Below, one piece after another: positions 10,192 through 20,226 of a stretch of DNA of 21,901 bases. A model generated the notes under the pieces. The model saw only the letters and a program-made list of their open reading frames with translations. It was not told the origin of the DNA and did not search any database. The DNA comes from Octopus sinensis. Its lineage: Eukaryota. The position numbers and the translations under genes were made by a program. The stretch lies in assembly GCF_006345805.1 (NCBI RefSeq), contig NW_021823595.1, positions 1-21,901 of the forward strand. The letters run 5' to 3'. Position 1 is the first letter of the stretch. Every line of letters starts with the position of its first letter.

Positions 10192-10550
10192 GTCTGCTGT
10201 TACGTTCTGAGTTCAATTTCCACCGAGGTCGACTTTGCCTTTCATCCTTTCGGGGTCGACAAATTAAGTACCAGTTGCACACTGGGGTCGAGGTAATCGA
10301 CTTAATCCCTTTGTCTGTCCTTGTTTGTCCACTCTGTGTTTAGCCCTTGTGGGTAATAAAGAAATAGGTATTTCGTCTGCCGTTACGTTCTGAGTTCAAA
10401 TTCCGCCGAGGTCGACTTTGCCTTTCATCCTTTCGGGGTCGACAAATTAAGTACCAGTTGCGCACTGGGGTCGAGGTAATCAACTTAATACCTTTGTCTG
10501 TCCTTGTTTGTCTGCTCTATGTTTAGCCCCTTGTGGGCAATAAAGAAATA
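10192..10550 (+). mobile_element. Head-to-tail dimer of a tRNA-derived SINE body (family B), 183-bp period
   Basis: Units start at 10192 and 10375, with about 11 differences. Each has a B-box-like GAGTTCAA(A/T)TTCC and a GCCTTTCATCCTTTCGGGGTCGA central domain. The A box and head are absent. Confidence 0.85.
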
Positions 10551-10750
10551 TATATAACGATAGAGCCTCGTTTGGAACATGAATTCCTTTCCTAACTCCA
10601 GGACAAAGAGAGCGAAGGACGTTGGCGCTATAACGGAAATGTGTGTGTGTGTGTTGTGTGTGTATTATTGTGTTTTGTGTGTGTGAGTGCTTGTGTGTAT
10701 GCATGTATTTATGTGTGCATATATGTGTGTCTTTGTATGTGTGTTTGCAC

Positions 10751-10899
10751 GTGTGTTAAGAAGGTTCCTTCCCAACCACATAGTTCTGGGTTCAGTCCCA
10801 CTGTGTGGCACCTTGGGCAAGTGTCTCCTACTACAGCCTTGGGCCAACCAGAGCTTTGTGAGCGGATTTGGTAGGCGGAAACTGAAAGAAGCCCGTCGT
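10751..10899 (+). mobile_element. tRNA-derived CORE-type SINE (family D)
   Basis: B-box-like GGGTTCAGTCCC followed by GTGGCACCTTGGGCAAGTG (CORE-like). Four copies are in the window. Confidence 0.85.
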
Positions 10900-11102
10900 G
10901 TGTGTGTGCGTGTGTGTGTATATATATATACACACAAACATACACACAAACACACATGCACACACATATATCAAGAATAATCAGCTGAAATTGCGGTGTT
11001 GGCATGTTTATGTCTCCCCAACTTAGCGGTTCGACAAAAGAGGCCATGTTTTTTCTCACGTCTGCTGATTGCCGATCTCCCGTGAAGTGTTCCATATTTT
11101 TT

Positions 11103-11383
11103 CGTTGCCAGTGCCGCTGGACTGACTTCTGTTCAGGTGGCATGTAAAAAAACACCATTTCAAGCGTGGCCGTTGCCAGTACTGCCTGACTGGTCCTCGT
11201 GCCGGTGGCACATAAAAGCACCCACTACACTCTCAGAGTGGTTGGCTTTAGGAAGGGCATCCAGCTGTAGAAACTCTGACAGATCAGATTGGAGCCTGGT
11301 GCAGCCATCTGGTTCGCCAGTCCTCAGTCAAACCGTCCAACCCATGCTAGCATGGAAAGCGGACGTTTAACGATGATGATGAT
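11103..11383 (+). mobile_element. SINE-like family A copy
   Basis: Same 3' body and subrepeats. The (GAT)n tail abuts the Tc1 fragment. Confidence 0.85.
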
Positions 11384-11615
11384 TAATAGTGCACAAGTGA
11401 GGAATCGCTTCCCTCCTCCAATGTCGCTGAAGGAACTGGAGCAGGTTTTGCTTAATGAATTTCTCAAAATTCCTCTGGCAACTGTTCAAGAGCTGGGTGA
11501 GCCGATTCCTCGCCGTATCGCAGTAATTATTGCAACCAAAAGAGGATCAACTCCATATTAAATAACAAAATCTTTACTTAGCAAGGTGTTTCCATTATTT
11601 TGTGCAACCCCTATG
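11384..11615 (+). mobile_element. Tc1-like DNA transposon 3' end (transposase C-terminus plus right TIR)
   Basis: RNRFPPPMSLKELEQVLLNEFLKIPLATVQELGEPIPRRIAVIIATKRGSTPY* (stop 11559-11561) is a typical Tc1 C-terminus. It is followed by GGTGTTTCCATTATTTTGTGCAACCCC, the reverse complement of a Tc1-type TIR. Confidence 0.8.
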
Positions 11616-11859
11616 TGTAAATGTGTATGTGTGTACGCATGTATGTGGGTATGTCTGTATGTATGCATGTATGTATGTATGTTTGTGCATGGCTGGATGG
11701 ATATATATATATACACATACACACACACATATATATATATACACACATACACATACACCCACATAATATATTATATATAATATATATATATATATATTAT
11801 AATATATAATATGTATATATAGAGATAGATAGATATATACATATATATGCATATATATA

Positions 11860-12166
11860 TCACCGTGATCACTATGACTGACCAGGCTATCAGATGTTGC
11901 TACACATCGCTGGTCACAATGCGCTTCGCATTGTTTTAGCCTTTGAATGACGCCACCTCACTGGCTATGCGAGCAGGCCAACAGAAGAAAGAGTGAGAGA
12001 AAGCTGGTACGAAAGAGTACAGCAGGGATCGCCCCACCCCCTGCCAGAGCCTCGTGGAACTTTAGGTGTTTTCGCTCAATAAACACTCACAACGCCCGGT
12101 CTGGGAATCGAAACCACGATCCTATGACCACGAGTCTGCTGCCCTAACCACTGGGCGATTGTGCCT
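11860..12166 (-). mobile_element. Full-length tRNA-derived SINE (family E, ~305 bp)
   Basis: The minus strand starts AGGCACAATCGCCCAGTGGTTAGGGC (D-arm-like hairpin, A box) and has GGTTTCGATTCCC (B box). A non-tRNA body follows, ending GTGATCACGGTGAT. Flanked by (TA)n on both sides. Confidence 0.75.
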
Positions 12167-12208
12167 ATATAGATATGCATATATATTTATATATATATAC
12201 GCATATCT

Positions 12209-12423
12209 ATCATCATCATCATCATCATCGTTTAGCGTCCGTTTTCCATGCTAGCATGGGTTGGACGGTTCTACTGGGGTCTGTGAAGCCGGAAGGCTTC
12301 ATCAGGCCCAGTCAGATTTGGCAGTGTTTCTACGGCTGGATGCCCTTCCTAACGCCAACCACTCCGCGAGTGTAGTGGGTGTTTTTTACGTGCCACCTGC
12401 ACAGGTGCCAGACAGAGCTGGCA
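12209..12423 (-). mobile_element. SINE-like family A copy (inverted)
   Basis: The reverse complement is about 95% identical to 8686-8902 by manual comparison. Confidence 0.9.
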
Positions 12424-12540
12424 TATATATATGTATGCACACATGTATATGCATCTATATGTATACACACATATATATATACATATGTGTGAGTGTGTAT
12501 GCATGTATATATATATATATATACATACATACATATTCAT

Positions 12541-13139
12541 TAGATTTATCTGCATTTATGATTTGTTAATCTTCAACTTTTCTCCAGTTCAGCAGTTTAC
12601 CTGGATGTTGTACCATCATCTCCCCTTTTCACAACAACCTTTAACATTACGAATTCCATATAGTTATCGGAACCTGCCGAACCATCTAGAACTTCTAGAA
12701 AATGCTTCATTAACTCCCTCCCTCCACTCCACTCCAACTCCCCACTTCAGTTTCCTTTTTCCATTTCCCATTTTTCTTTGGACTACCACAAAGACACCGA
12801 ACAACCTTTATTTTGATGATCATTATTTCACATCAAGGAATTCCCTTTCCTCTTGTAATCTTCCATCCAAACTGACAAAAGATGTTCCGCATCAAATACT
12901 GCTTTGTTTCCGCTTCTTTTCTCTTGGAAAAATCAACGCAACGCTCAAGAAGCACTTTGTCCCTATTCTTTATAAATTTTTGCCTTCTGTATGATATCAC
13001 ACAGAGTTGGTTGGCCAATGTCATGCTCTCAACTTATAGAAGTCAGCTTTGGTGGCACCAATCCCATCTTTGCTAATTATTGCAAGATTTTTTCCCCCTT
13101 TTCGACTCTGATTTACAAGAAATTCTGGTCTGAAACCAT
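12541..13139 (-). pseudogene. Degraded pogo/Tigger-family transposase N-terminal part (CENP-B-type DNA-binding domains up to the first catalytic D)
   Basis: Minus-strand frames stitched across stops and frameshifts give KNLAIISKDGIGATK..EHDIGQPTLCDIIQKAK..AEHLLSVWMEDYKRKG..EAFSRSSRWFGRFR*LYGIRNVKGCCEK..QIINADKS. These match the Tigger motifs EKLLxVW, FxASxGWFxRFKxRxGIR and QIFNxDET. No TIR was identified. Confidence 0.7.
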
Positions 13140-13392
13140 TTTTTCAAAATCAGAATTGTTATTTACTTCATTAGAATTAGAATCTTCAAAAGAACGCGAA
13201 AATAATTGGTTTTTAAGAGTTCAACTCGAAGTAGACGAAGCTATAAATGATGACCGGAAGTGGAAAGAGATGGAGAAATCGGTTTTGAGGGACAGGAAAG
13301 TGCGAAGATGGCCAGTGTGTGTGTGTGAATGTCACAGATTCGGTGAGACAACTTACCTGACAATGACTGAGAATGGGAGATACTCTCTCTCT

Positions 13393-13605
13393 CTCTTTTA
13401 CTCTTTTACTTGTTTCAGTCATTTGACTGCGGCCATGCTGGAGCACCGCCTTTAGTCGAGCAACTCGACCCCGGGACTTATTCTTTGTAAGCCCAGTACT
13501 TATTCTATCGGTCTCTTTTTGCCGAACCGCTAAGTGACGGGGACGTAAAACACACCACAGCATCAGTTGTCAAGCAATGCTAGGGGGACAAACACAGACA
13601 CACAA
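13393..13605 (-). mobile_element. SINE family C copy, (TAAAAGAG)n tail
   Basis: The minus strand has TTAGCGGTTCGGCAAAA...GGGGTCGA...GGCGGTGCTCCAGCATGGCCGCAG...TGAAACAAGTAAAAGAGTAAAAGAG. Related fragments lie at 420-478 and about 11020-11045. Confidence 0.8.
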
Positions 13606-13668
13606 ACACACACATACATATATATATATTATATATATATATATATTATATATATATATATATATTAT

Positions 13669-13795
13669 ACGAAAGGCATTGGTCGGCCCGGGGCTGTAGC
13701 AGAAGACACTTGCCTAAGGTGCCACACAGTGGGACTGAACCCGGAACCATGAGGTTGGTTAGCAAGCTACTTACCACACAGCCACTCCTGCGCCT
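13669..13795 (-). mobile_element. Family D CORE-type SINE, head intact
   Basis: Minus strand: AGGCGCAGGAGTGGCTGTGTGGTAAG (A-box-like)...GGGTTCAGTCCC...GGCACCTTAGGCAAGTGTCTTC. Confidence 0.85.
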
Positions 13796-14394
13796 ATTAA
13801 TATTTCAACATTATTATGATGATATTGATAAACCCGAATAATGGTGAAATATCGATATCTACCATTCTCAGGGATTCCAAAGCGAGTTCTCCCACCTGGT
13901 GTGTGACTTTCAGTTTCAGGTGGCCTTTAACACTCAGCGGCGTTTGGGGAGCTTTCCTCGGATGTGCCACCCTGCAGAAAATTTGTCGTATGAACGAAAC
14001 ACACGATGTTTGTGCATCTGATGATGTTTAAAAACATGAAAAGAAAAACAAGGTTAATTAACATATTAAGTATTTCCTAAATTATACACTGATTTTAATG
14101 AGTTTAATTACTGTTTTTATAATGAATACAAACCATTTAATTTACACATTTCACATTAAATATTTATAATTTTAATGTCGGCTGGCACTGCCTACCATGA
14201 CTATCAATACGATACGTTTCGCACGTGTGTGGGTGTGTGTGTGTCTGTGCGCATGTGTGTGTCCGTGCACGTGTGTGTGTGTGCCGTGCACGTGTGTGTA
14301 TGTGTGTGTGTCTGTGCACGTGTGTGTATGTATACGTATTATGTGTGTGTGTGTGCATGAACATGCTTGTGGTTGTGTACGTGTGTGTGTGTGT

Positions 14395-14770
14395 GTTTGG
14401 ATGTGTGTAGATGTATGCGTGTGTGTATACATGTCTCTGTATATGTATGTGTTTGTGTGTGTGTGTGTGTTTGAATGTGTATGGATGTATGCGTGTGTGT
14501 GTACATGTCTGTATATGTATGTGTTTGTGTGTGTGTGTGTGTGTTTGGATGTGTATGGATGTATGCGTGTGTGTGTACGTATCTCTGTATATGTATGTGT
14601 GTGTGTGTGTGTTTGGATGTGTATGGATGTATGCGTGTGTGTGTACATGTCTCTGTATATGTATGTGTTTGTGTTGTGTGTGTGTGTGTTTGGATGTGTA
14701 TGGATGTATGCGTGTGTGTGTACGTGTCTCTGTATATGTATGTGTTTGTGTATGTGTGTGCGTGTGTGTG
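14395..14770. repeat. Minisatellite, five ~73-bp units built from (TG)n
   Basis: GTTTG(G/A)ATGTGTA..ATGTATGCGTGTGTG.. starts at 14395, 14469, 14543, 14611 and 14688. Confidence 0.85.
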
Positions 14771-15144
14771 TATGCCTGAAGTATGTATCTGGGCGTATAT
14801 TCAGAATGTTTCAACAACATATGGCATTCATCATATCTCTCTCTCTCTCTCTCTCTCTCTTTATCTATTTAAATATCTGTTTCTTTCTCACCTTCCCCCT
14901 TTCCCTCCATCTCACTCACCCTTTCTCTCTCTCTCTATCTATCTATCTATCTACCTCTCTCTTTATCTATCTATCTCTATCATACATACCCACACACATA
15001 TGTATAAATATGCACGCACATATTTGTGTATATTCATATATACGCATGTCTGCATGCACGCACACACTCGTACACACACATACAAATACACACACATACA
15101 TATACACACATAAGCATACGTACACACACACACACATTCAGCTG

Positions 15145-15256
15145 TAAGAGCATGAGGTAAAATCATTTGCCGTAAATGCCTCCAGCCCACCCCACACTCA
15201 GTTCAAATCTCCACAAGCTTATCTTTGTCTTTCATCCATTTGGGGTCAATAGATTT
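15145..15256 (+). mobile_element. Diverged family B fragment
   Basis: CAGTTCAAATCTCCAC...CTTTGTCTTTCATCCATTTGGGGTCAATAGATT resembles the 10192 units. Confidence 0.55.
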
Positions 15257-15336
15257 ATGTATATATATATATATATACACGCACATGTATGCATGTAAAT
15301 AACAACAGAAAAGGAGTTATGAAATTGAGTTCTTTG

Positions 15337-15414
15337 GCTTACAGATGTTTCAGCTACTGCAACACTGCACACGATAGCAAGTGCCAGTGTGTATTCTTGT
15401 AGCCTCTTCAGAGC
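15337..15414 (-). ncRNA. Type I hammerhead ribozyme motif with intact catalytic core
   Basis: Minus strand: GCU-CUGAAGA-GGCUAC-(41 nt)-GUAGCU-GAAA-C-AUCU-GUA-AGC. Stem I is GCU/AGC, stem II is 6 bp, stem III is minimal, and the cleavage triplet is GUA. Confidence 0.7.
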
Positions 15415-15664
15415 TATAAAATATTTCGCTGGAAAGTCAGTCCTGTACAGGAGTCTATTCTTCTCTCTCTCTCTCTCCCTCTCTCTCTCTCTCCCTCTCT
15501 CTCTCTCTCTTCTTTCTCTTTCTTTCTCCTTCAGGAAGAAATTGGCTGTGGTCAGATGTTGAGAGGGATGGTCACCACAAGATCAGCAAAATTCCCAGGA
15601 CATGCTGTATGTTGCAACAATAAACATATGATGTCATCACTGAGCTGGAGGCACAAAACAAGGC

Positions 15665-15716
<52 letters not shown>

Positions 15717-15750
15717 CATGTGCATATGTTGAATGATTTAGATAGTATTT

Positions 15751-16066
15751 TCATCATCATCATCATCATTGTTTAACATCTGTTGTCCATGCTGGCATGG
15801 GTTGGATGGGTTGACCAGGGTTGGCAAGCTGGAAGACTGCACCAGACTCCAGTCTGATTTGGCACGGTTTCCTATGGCTGGATGCCCTTCCTAATACCAA
15901 CCACTTTGCAGAATGTGCACAGGGTGCTTTTACGTGGCACTACACGTGTTTTTATGGGGAGCTGCAATGGCACTTTTACATGGAGCTGCTCAAATACTTT
16001 ATGTGAGACTGCATGGGCGCTTCGACGTGGCACCACCACGAGTGCTTTTTACATGGCACCGGCACG
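15751..16066 (-). mobile_element. SINE-like family A copy, older and more diverged
   Basis: (CAT)n followed by CCATGCTGGCATGGGTTGG...GGATGCCCTTCCTAA and several TTTTAC(G/A)TGGCAC subrepeats. Confidence 0.8.
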
Positions 16067-16286
16067 GAACACTTGCAGGCCAGTCCTTACGACCAGGGGG
16101 AACCAGCCTAAACACTTCTGCTGCTGCAGTGTACGAATTTTCTTGAGTACAGCGAGGTGCCAGGTAAAGCTTTTAAACCGGGACAGCTACAACAGCTTCA
16201 CATATTAAAGTGTTACTCACAAAACTGTAAACAAACCAGGACATGTAGCACATTATTTATATTGATAATCTTGGGAATATTATTTA

Positions 16287-16751
16287 CTAGCAGTATCGCC
16301 CGGCGTTGCTCGGGTTTGTAAGGGAAATAACTATATAAGCATTTTTAGTGAGTTATAGCCAAAAGATGCATTAAAAATGGAAAAAAAATGATGGTAAATT
16401 TTTTAAAAAATCGTTGACTCATCGTAGACATTTTTAGAGAGTTACTTCCCTTATATAATAACGAAAAAACTGCATTAAAATGAAAAAAAATGATGGTAAA
16501 TTTTTTTTAAATCGTAGACATTTTTAGAGAGTTACTTCCCTTATATAATAGCGAAAAAATGCATTAAAATGGAAAAAAATGACGGTAATTTTTTTTTTAA
16601 ATCGTAGACTCATCGTAGATGCGCGCTAATACCCAGAAGGGCTCGATATGAATCACGACTATAAGATACCCGGTTTTGGTTAAAATGTGGGAGTAGTTAG
16701 GAATCTAAATCGTAGGAGACAGACACACAACTTCACTTTTATATATAAAGA
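16287..16751 (-). mobile_element. Non-autonomous Helitron (465 bp) with internal ~90-bp tandem repeat
   Basis: On the minus strand it starts 5'-TC (TCTTTATATATAAAAG) and ends CTAG-3'. It sits between A and T with no TSD. A GC-rich subterminal hairpin (CCCGAGCAACGCCGGG) lies 8 nt before the CTAG. Internal units start at 16350, 16439 and 16529. Confidence 0.85.
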
Positions 16752-17042
16752 TGTAATGCAGGTCCATAAAAAGCACCATTCGAGTGCTGGCTGACTGGTC
16801 TGTTTATTGTTTTGCCCCTCATCTGTCTACTAAACAGTCTCGTCTTGAGCCCATCTCGTTTTGTTATGTTTGGGTCCCATTCCAGGCAAGTTTCTTGCCG
16901 GTACCTCCAGAGTGGAAGCAATATTATCAATAATGGACATTCGTCTATGTATTTAGTATATGTTTGTATGTTTATGTAATACACGTTTTTTAAAAAAAAT
17001 TATTATCCGTTTCAAGAAGAAACTTCCTGTGAGTGATGAAAA

Positions 17043-17312
17043 GTGGAACAGCTATTGGGAGGTGGCTGGAGATTTACCAGGGTGCCAGGGGCTCTTTCCC
17101 ATCCCAGTTACGAAAAAAAAAAACTGGACATTTTAATGTGGTGTGAAAGAAAGAAAGTGGTGAATCTAGTTGAGTTAACGGTTCCTCATGAAGATAACCT
17201 GGACGTCGCTCGGGATCGAAAAATTGACCATTATGTAAACCTCCTCGGGGAATGTGAAGACACAGGCGGGAAAGTGGACCTTTTTTCAATTTTGGTTAAA
17301 AAGAGACGATGA
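17043..17312 (+). mobile_element. Relic restriction-like endonuclease domain of a HERO/NeSL-type (R2 group) non-LTR retrotransposon
   Basis: KKLDILMWCERKKVVNLVELTVPHEDNLDVARDRKIDHYVNLLGECEDTGGKV resembles the RPDIVLWS..K.V.LIELTVPWEE..AHERK..KY..L..EC..GW motif. The PD motif has decayed to LD, and the downstream EVGCRGF motif is lost. Confidence 0.7.
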
Positions 17313-17417
17313 GCGATGGCTAGAAGAATATTGAGCTTTATTTGATAACCAGTTGATCTAGCAAACGGGGGCTCATATCAGTGATGGGTGGGAATGGTGC
17401 ACAATGATGCCGTTACG

Positions 17418-17478
17418 CACTTGGGGTCGACTTAATCCGTTTGTCTGTCCTTGCTTGTCCCCTCTGTGTTTAGCCGTT
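17418..17478 (+). mobile_element. Family B 3' fragment
   Basis: GGGGTCGACTTAATCCGTTTGTCTGTCCTTGCTTGTCCCCTCTGTGTTTAGCC matches 10284-10345. Confidence 0.75.
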
Positions 17479-17602
17479 AAGAGGTAGGTCACGAAATGGC
17501 GCGCTTTCTCTCCAGGTGACCCCAGACACTTGCTGGCTTCCGGTATGTGGGGCCTTTGACCAGTAACACACTTGTATGCTTGCAAAGCGTTTGCAAGACA
17601 TC

Positions 17603-17635
<33 letters not shown>

Positions 17636-17637
<2 letters not shown>

Positions 17638-17731
17638 CAGACTGGATCCTGGCGCAGCCTTCCAGCGTGCCGACCCAGTCGAACCATCCAACCCAAACAA
17701 GCATGGACAACAGACATTAAATGATGATGAT
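17636..17731 (+). mobile_element. Family A 3' fragment, diverged
   Basis: CCTGGCGCAGCCTTCC...CCAACCCAAACAAGCATGGACAACAGACATTAA(ATG)n. Confidence 0.7.
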
Positions 17732-18199
17732 ATAAATATATACAGGTATGTCATATTTTCCGTTTGTTGTCTTTTTATATTTAATCCTGAATTAATTATG
17801 TAATGCACACACTCATTAATTATTTACCTATGTATACATGTATATATATATATGTGTGTGTGTTTATATATATATATGTTTATGCATATATGAATGTGTT
17901 TATATATATATACTCTCAGTAATAATAAAGGGTGAAATTAATTAATTAATTAATAATTTACCAAGTAGTTCGATCTGTTAAAGTAACCTTTATCGGTAAC
18001 CTTACACAAAAATTCAATAATCATAAGCATAATTATAATCAGGGTTCAGCAAATTGCTTCACCACATACCGAAATTTAGAAATAGCAGTTAAATGCTATT
18101 CCTCTACCATAAGATATCTCCCAGACAGCAATACCCTTATTATTATTAGTAAAGAGAAAAAACAACGAATCTACCCGACTTATACACACACACATGCAT

Positions 18200-18233
<34 letters not shown>

Positions 18234-18256
18234 GCACACACATACATGCATACATA

Positions 18257-19631
18257 TTGGGTTGGCAAGTTCCCGCCATTTTTTAAAAATTAATTTTTTT
18301 TAAAGGTTTAATAAAAAATAACAACTAATTAATCAATAATGTATTTACCCTTGTTGTTTGCAACTTCTTCCCAACGTTCATCAAGATTTTCAATACTTCG
18401 TTGGTAGAAATCACCCGATTTCGACTTTGAAGAATTGATCCAACCAAGTTCTCAATTCTGCATCAGTTTAGAACGAAACTCCGTGAATAGTTAGTTAGTT
18501 AGTTAGTTAATTTGGCTCAAAAGCAAATAGCAAGGCCATGTAGGGGGACATGGAGTTAAGTACAGGGTGGTGTTCATGTAAAGAGTTCAGGCCACTTGAG
18601 GTCAAGGGAGACTTTGAATAAAGCGGTCGTCGGCATCTTCACCATCTCGTCTGGCAGCTTGTTCCACGGTCAAAAGAGGTGGAAATCGGTTGGTGCCAAA
18701 CCAGGAGCATACGGCGGGTGTTTGTAGCAATTCCTAGCCATGTGTTTGAATGGTTTCGTTGGTCATATTGGTGATATGAGGGCGAACGTTGTCGTGCAGC
18801 AGAAGAACTCCATGCTGACGATTAGGTCTTTTCTCTTGAACAGCCATGTCGAGTCCTCCCAAGAGTTTTGCGTTGACCGTTTGGTTCCGTTCAAGCAATT
18901 CGTAATGGATAATCCCTTCTCAGCCCCACAACATCGTTTTATGCGAATAAAGGTCTTGTTTCATGCACGGTGTCGCTGGTTTACCAGGGTTAAGCCATTC
19001 CTTTCCGCTGCTTCATATTGGTGTACAGGCACCATTGTTCGTCGCCAGTAATGATTCGGTAAAGAAATCGTTGCTTGTGTCCATGAGTTGAGCGGTGACG
19101 AGCAAGCAAACCAGCGGAGATTGTGGCTCATTGATTTCTGTTGTTGTCACTTAAAGCATGCAGAACCCATGCTCCATACTTCTGAACCTTTCCCATCGAG
19201 TGAAGATGCTTCTCTATAAGCAGTGTGGGAGCATTCCATTTTCTCTGCCAGTTCCTTCGTCGTTTGACGAGAATTTTCGTGCAAAAGTTGGTTTAATCGC
19301 TCTTCACCCAACTCAACTGGACGGCCAGAACGAGGAGCATCTTTGAGGTCAAAATTTCCATTTTTGACCTTGGCATACCAGTCACGAGCGGTTCCTTCAG
19401 CCATGGCACCCTCTCCATACACAGCTCAAATGTCGGGAGCAGCTTTTGCAGCCTTAGAACCTTGATTAAAAGCAAAAAAAAATGGAGGTGTCCAAAATGC
19501 TCGTTTTTCTTGTCATTCTATTTTAATGATTTGAAAATAAACAAAAATTAGTTAAAATTAACTAGAAAAAAAACCAAAAGCAAGATAGATTCCAAAATTT
19601 TAAAAAACCGCATGAACTTAATTGCCAACCT

Positions 19632-19633
<2 letters not shown>
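18257..19633 (-). mobile_element. mariner transposon (DD34D), near full length, pseudogenised and interrupted by a LINE tail
   Basis: TA at 18255-56 and 19634-35. Degenerate TIRs are TTGGGTTGGCAA... and ...TTGCCAACCTAA. The minus-strand protein has DWYAKVKNGNFDLKDAPRSGRP, ITGDEQW, LLHDNVRPH and PPYAPGLAPTDFHLF, with 34 residues between D2 and D3 after correcting one frameshift, then RWEEVANNKGKYIID*. Several stops and frameshifts. The TIR resembles the mellifera/cecropia types. Confidence 0.9.
18488..18671 (-). mobile_element. CR1/L2-type LINE 3' end with (TAAC)n tail, nested in the mariner
   Basis: The minus strand reads PWNKLPDEMVKMPTTALFKVSLDLKWPELFT*, matching the CR1/L2 ORF2 terminal motif WNxLP...FK..LD..W. 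A short 3' UTR and five TAAC repeats follow. It interrupts the transposase right after FHLF. Confidence 0.75.
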
Positions 19634-19695
<62 letters not shown>

Positions 19696-19732
19696 TGTAT
19701 GTATATATATATGTATGTATATTTATATGTGA

Positions 19733-19778
<46 letters not shown>

Positions 19779-19981
19779 TATATATATATAATATAATATA
19801 ATTAGAGATAAACCACTATTAGGCAACTCAGAGCAGTGATAGACATCAACCAAAACATAAATAACAATAGAATATATTTTTATAAAACATAACTAGATCT
19901 CAAAATATTTAAAAATGAATAATCACAGATATAAACACACACACACACACGTGCATATAATATATATATATATATATGCAC

Positions 19982-20144
19982 ACGACAGGCTTCTTTCAGT
20001 TTCCGTCTACCAAATCCACTCAAGGCTTTGGTCAGCCCAAAGCTATAACAGAAGACACTTACCCAAGGTGCCATGCAGTGGGACTGAACTTGGAACCATG
20101 TGGTTGGGAAGCAAGCTTCTTACCACACAACCATGCTTGCACCT
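19982..20144 (-). mobile_element. Family D CORE-type SINE
   Basis: Reverse-complement match to 10751-10899. Confidence 0.85.
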
Positions 20145-20159
20145 CAGTTATGGCTGTGT

Positions 20160-20216
<57 letters not shown>

Positions 20217-20226
20217 ACATTTGTTT

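Noticed and set aside
12090-12166. Possible tRNA gene on the minus strand
   Set aside because: The acceptor and anticodon arms do not close properly and the sequence continues into a SINE body. It is a tRNA-derived head.
12431-13455. Plus-strand ORFs of 187 and 154 aa
   Set aside because: They are antisense to the Tigger relic, start in microsatellite or run into a SINE, and show no protein-family signature.
14015-14045. CTGATGA-TGTTT-AA-AAACA-T-GAAA
   Set aside because: The 10.1-11.1 position is T-T, and neither stem III, the cleavage triplet nor stem I can be formed.
14164-15147. Long Cys/Val or His/Thr-rich ORFs resembling metal-binding proteins
   Set aside because: They are translations of (TG)n/(CA)n repeats. 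The same applies to ORFs at 5-521, 1504-2043, 4882-5572 and 11558-11852.
17579-17597. CTTGCAAA-GCG-TTTGCAAG hairpin next to (TA)n
   Set aside because: An 8-bp stem can arise by chance in 22 kb, and no matching element end was found.
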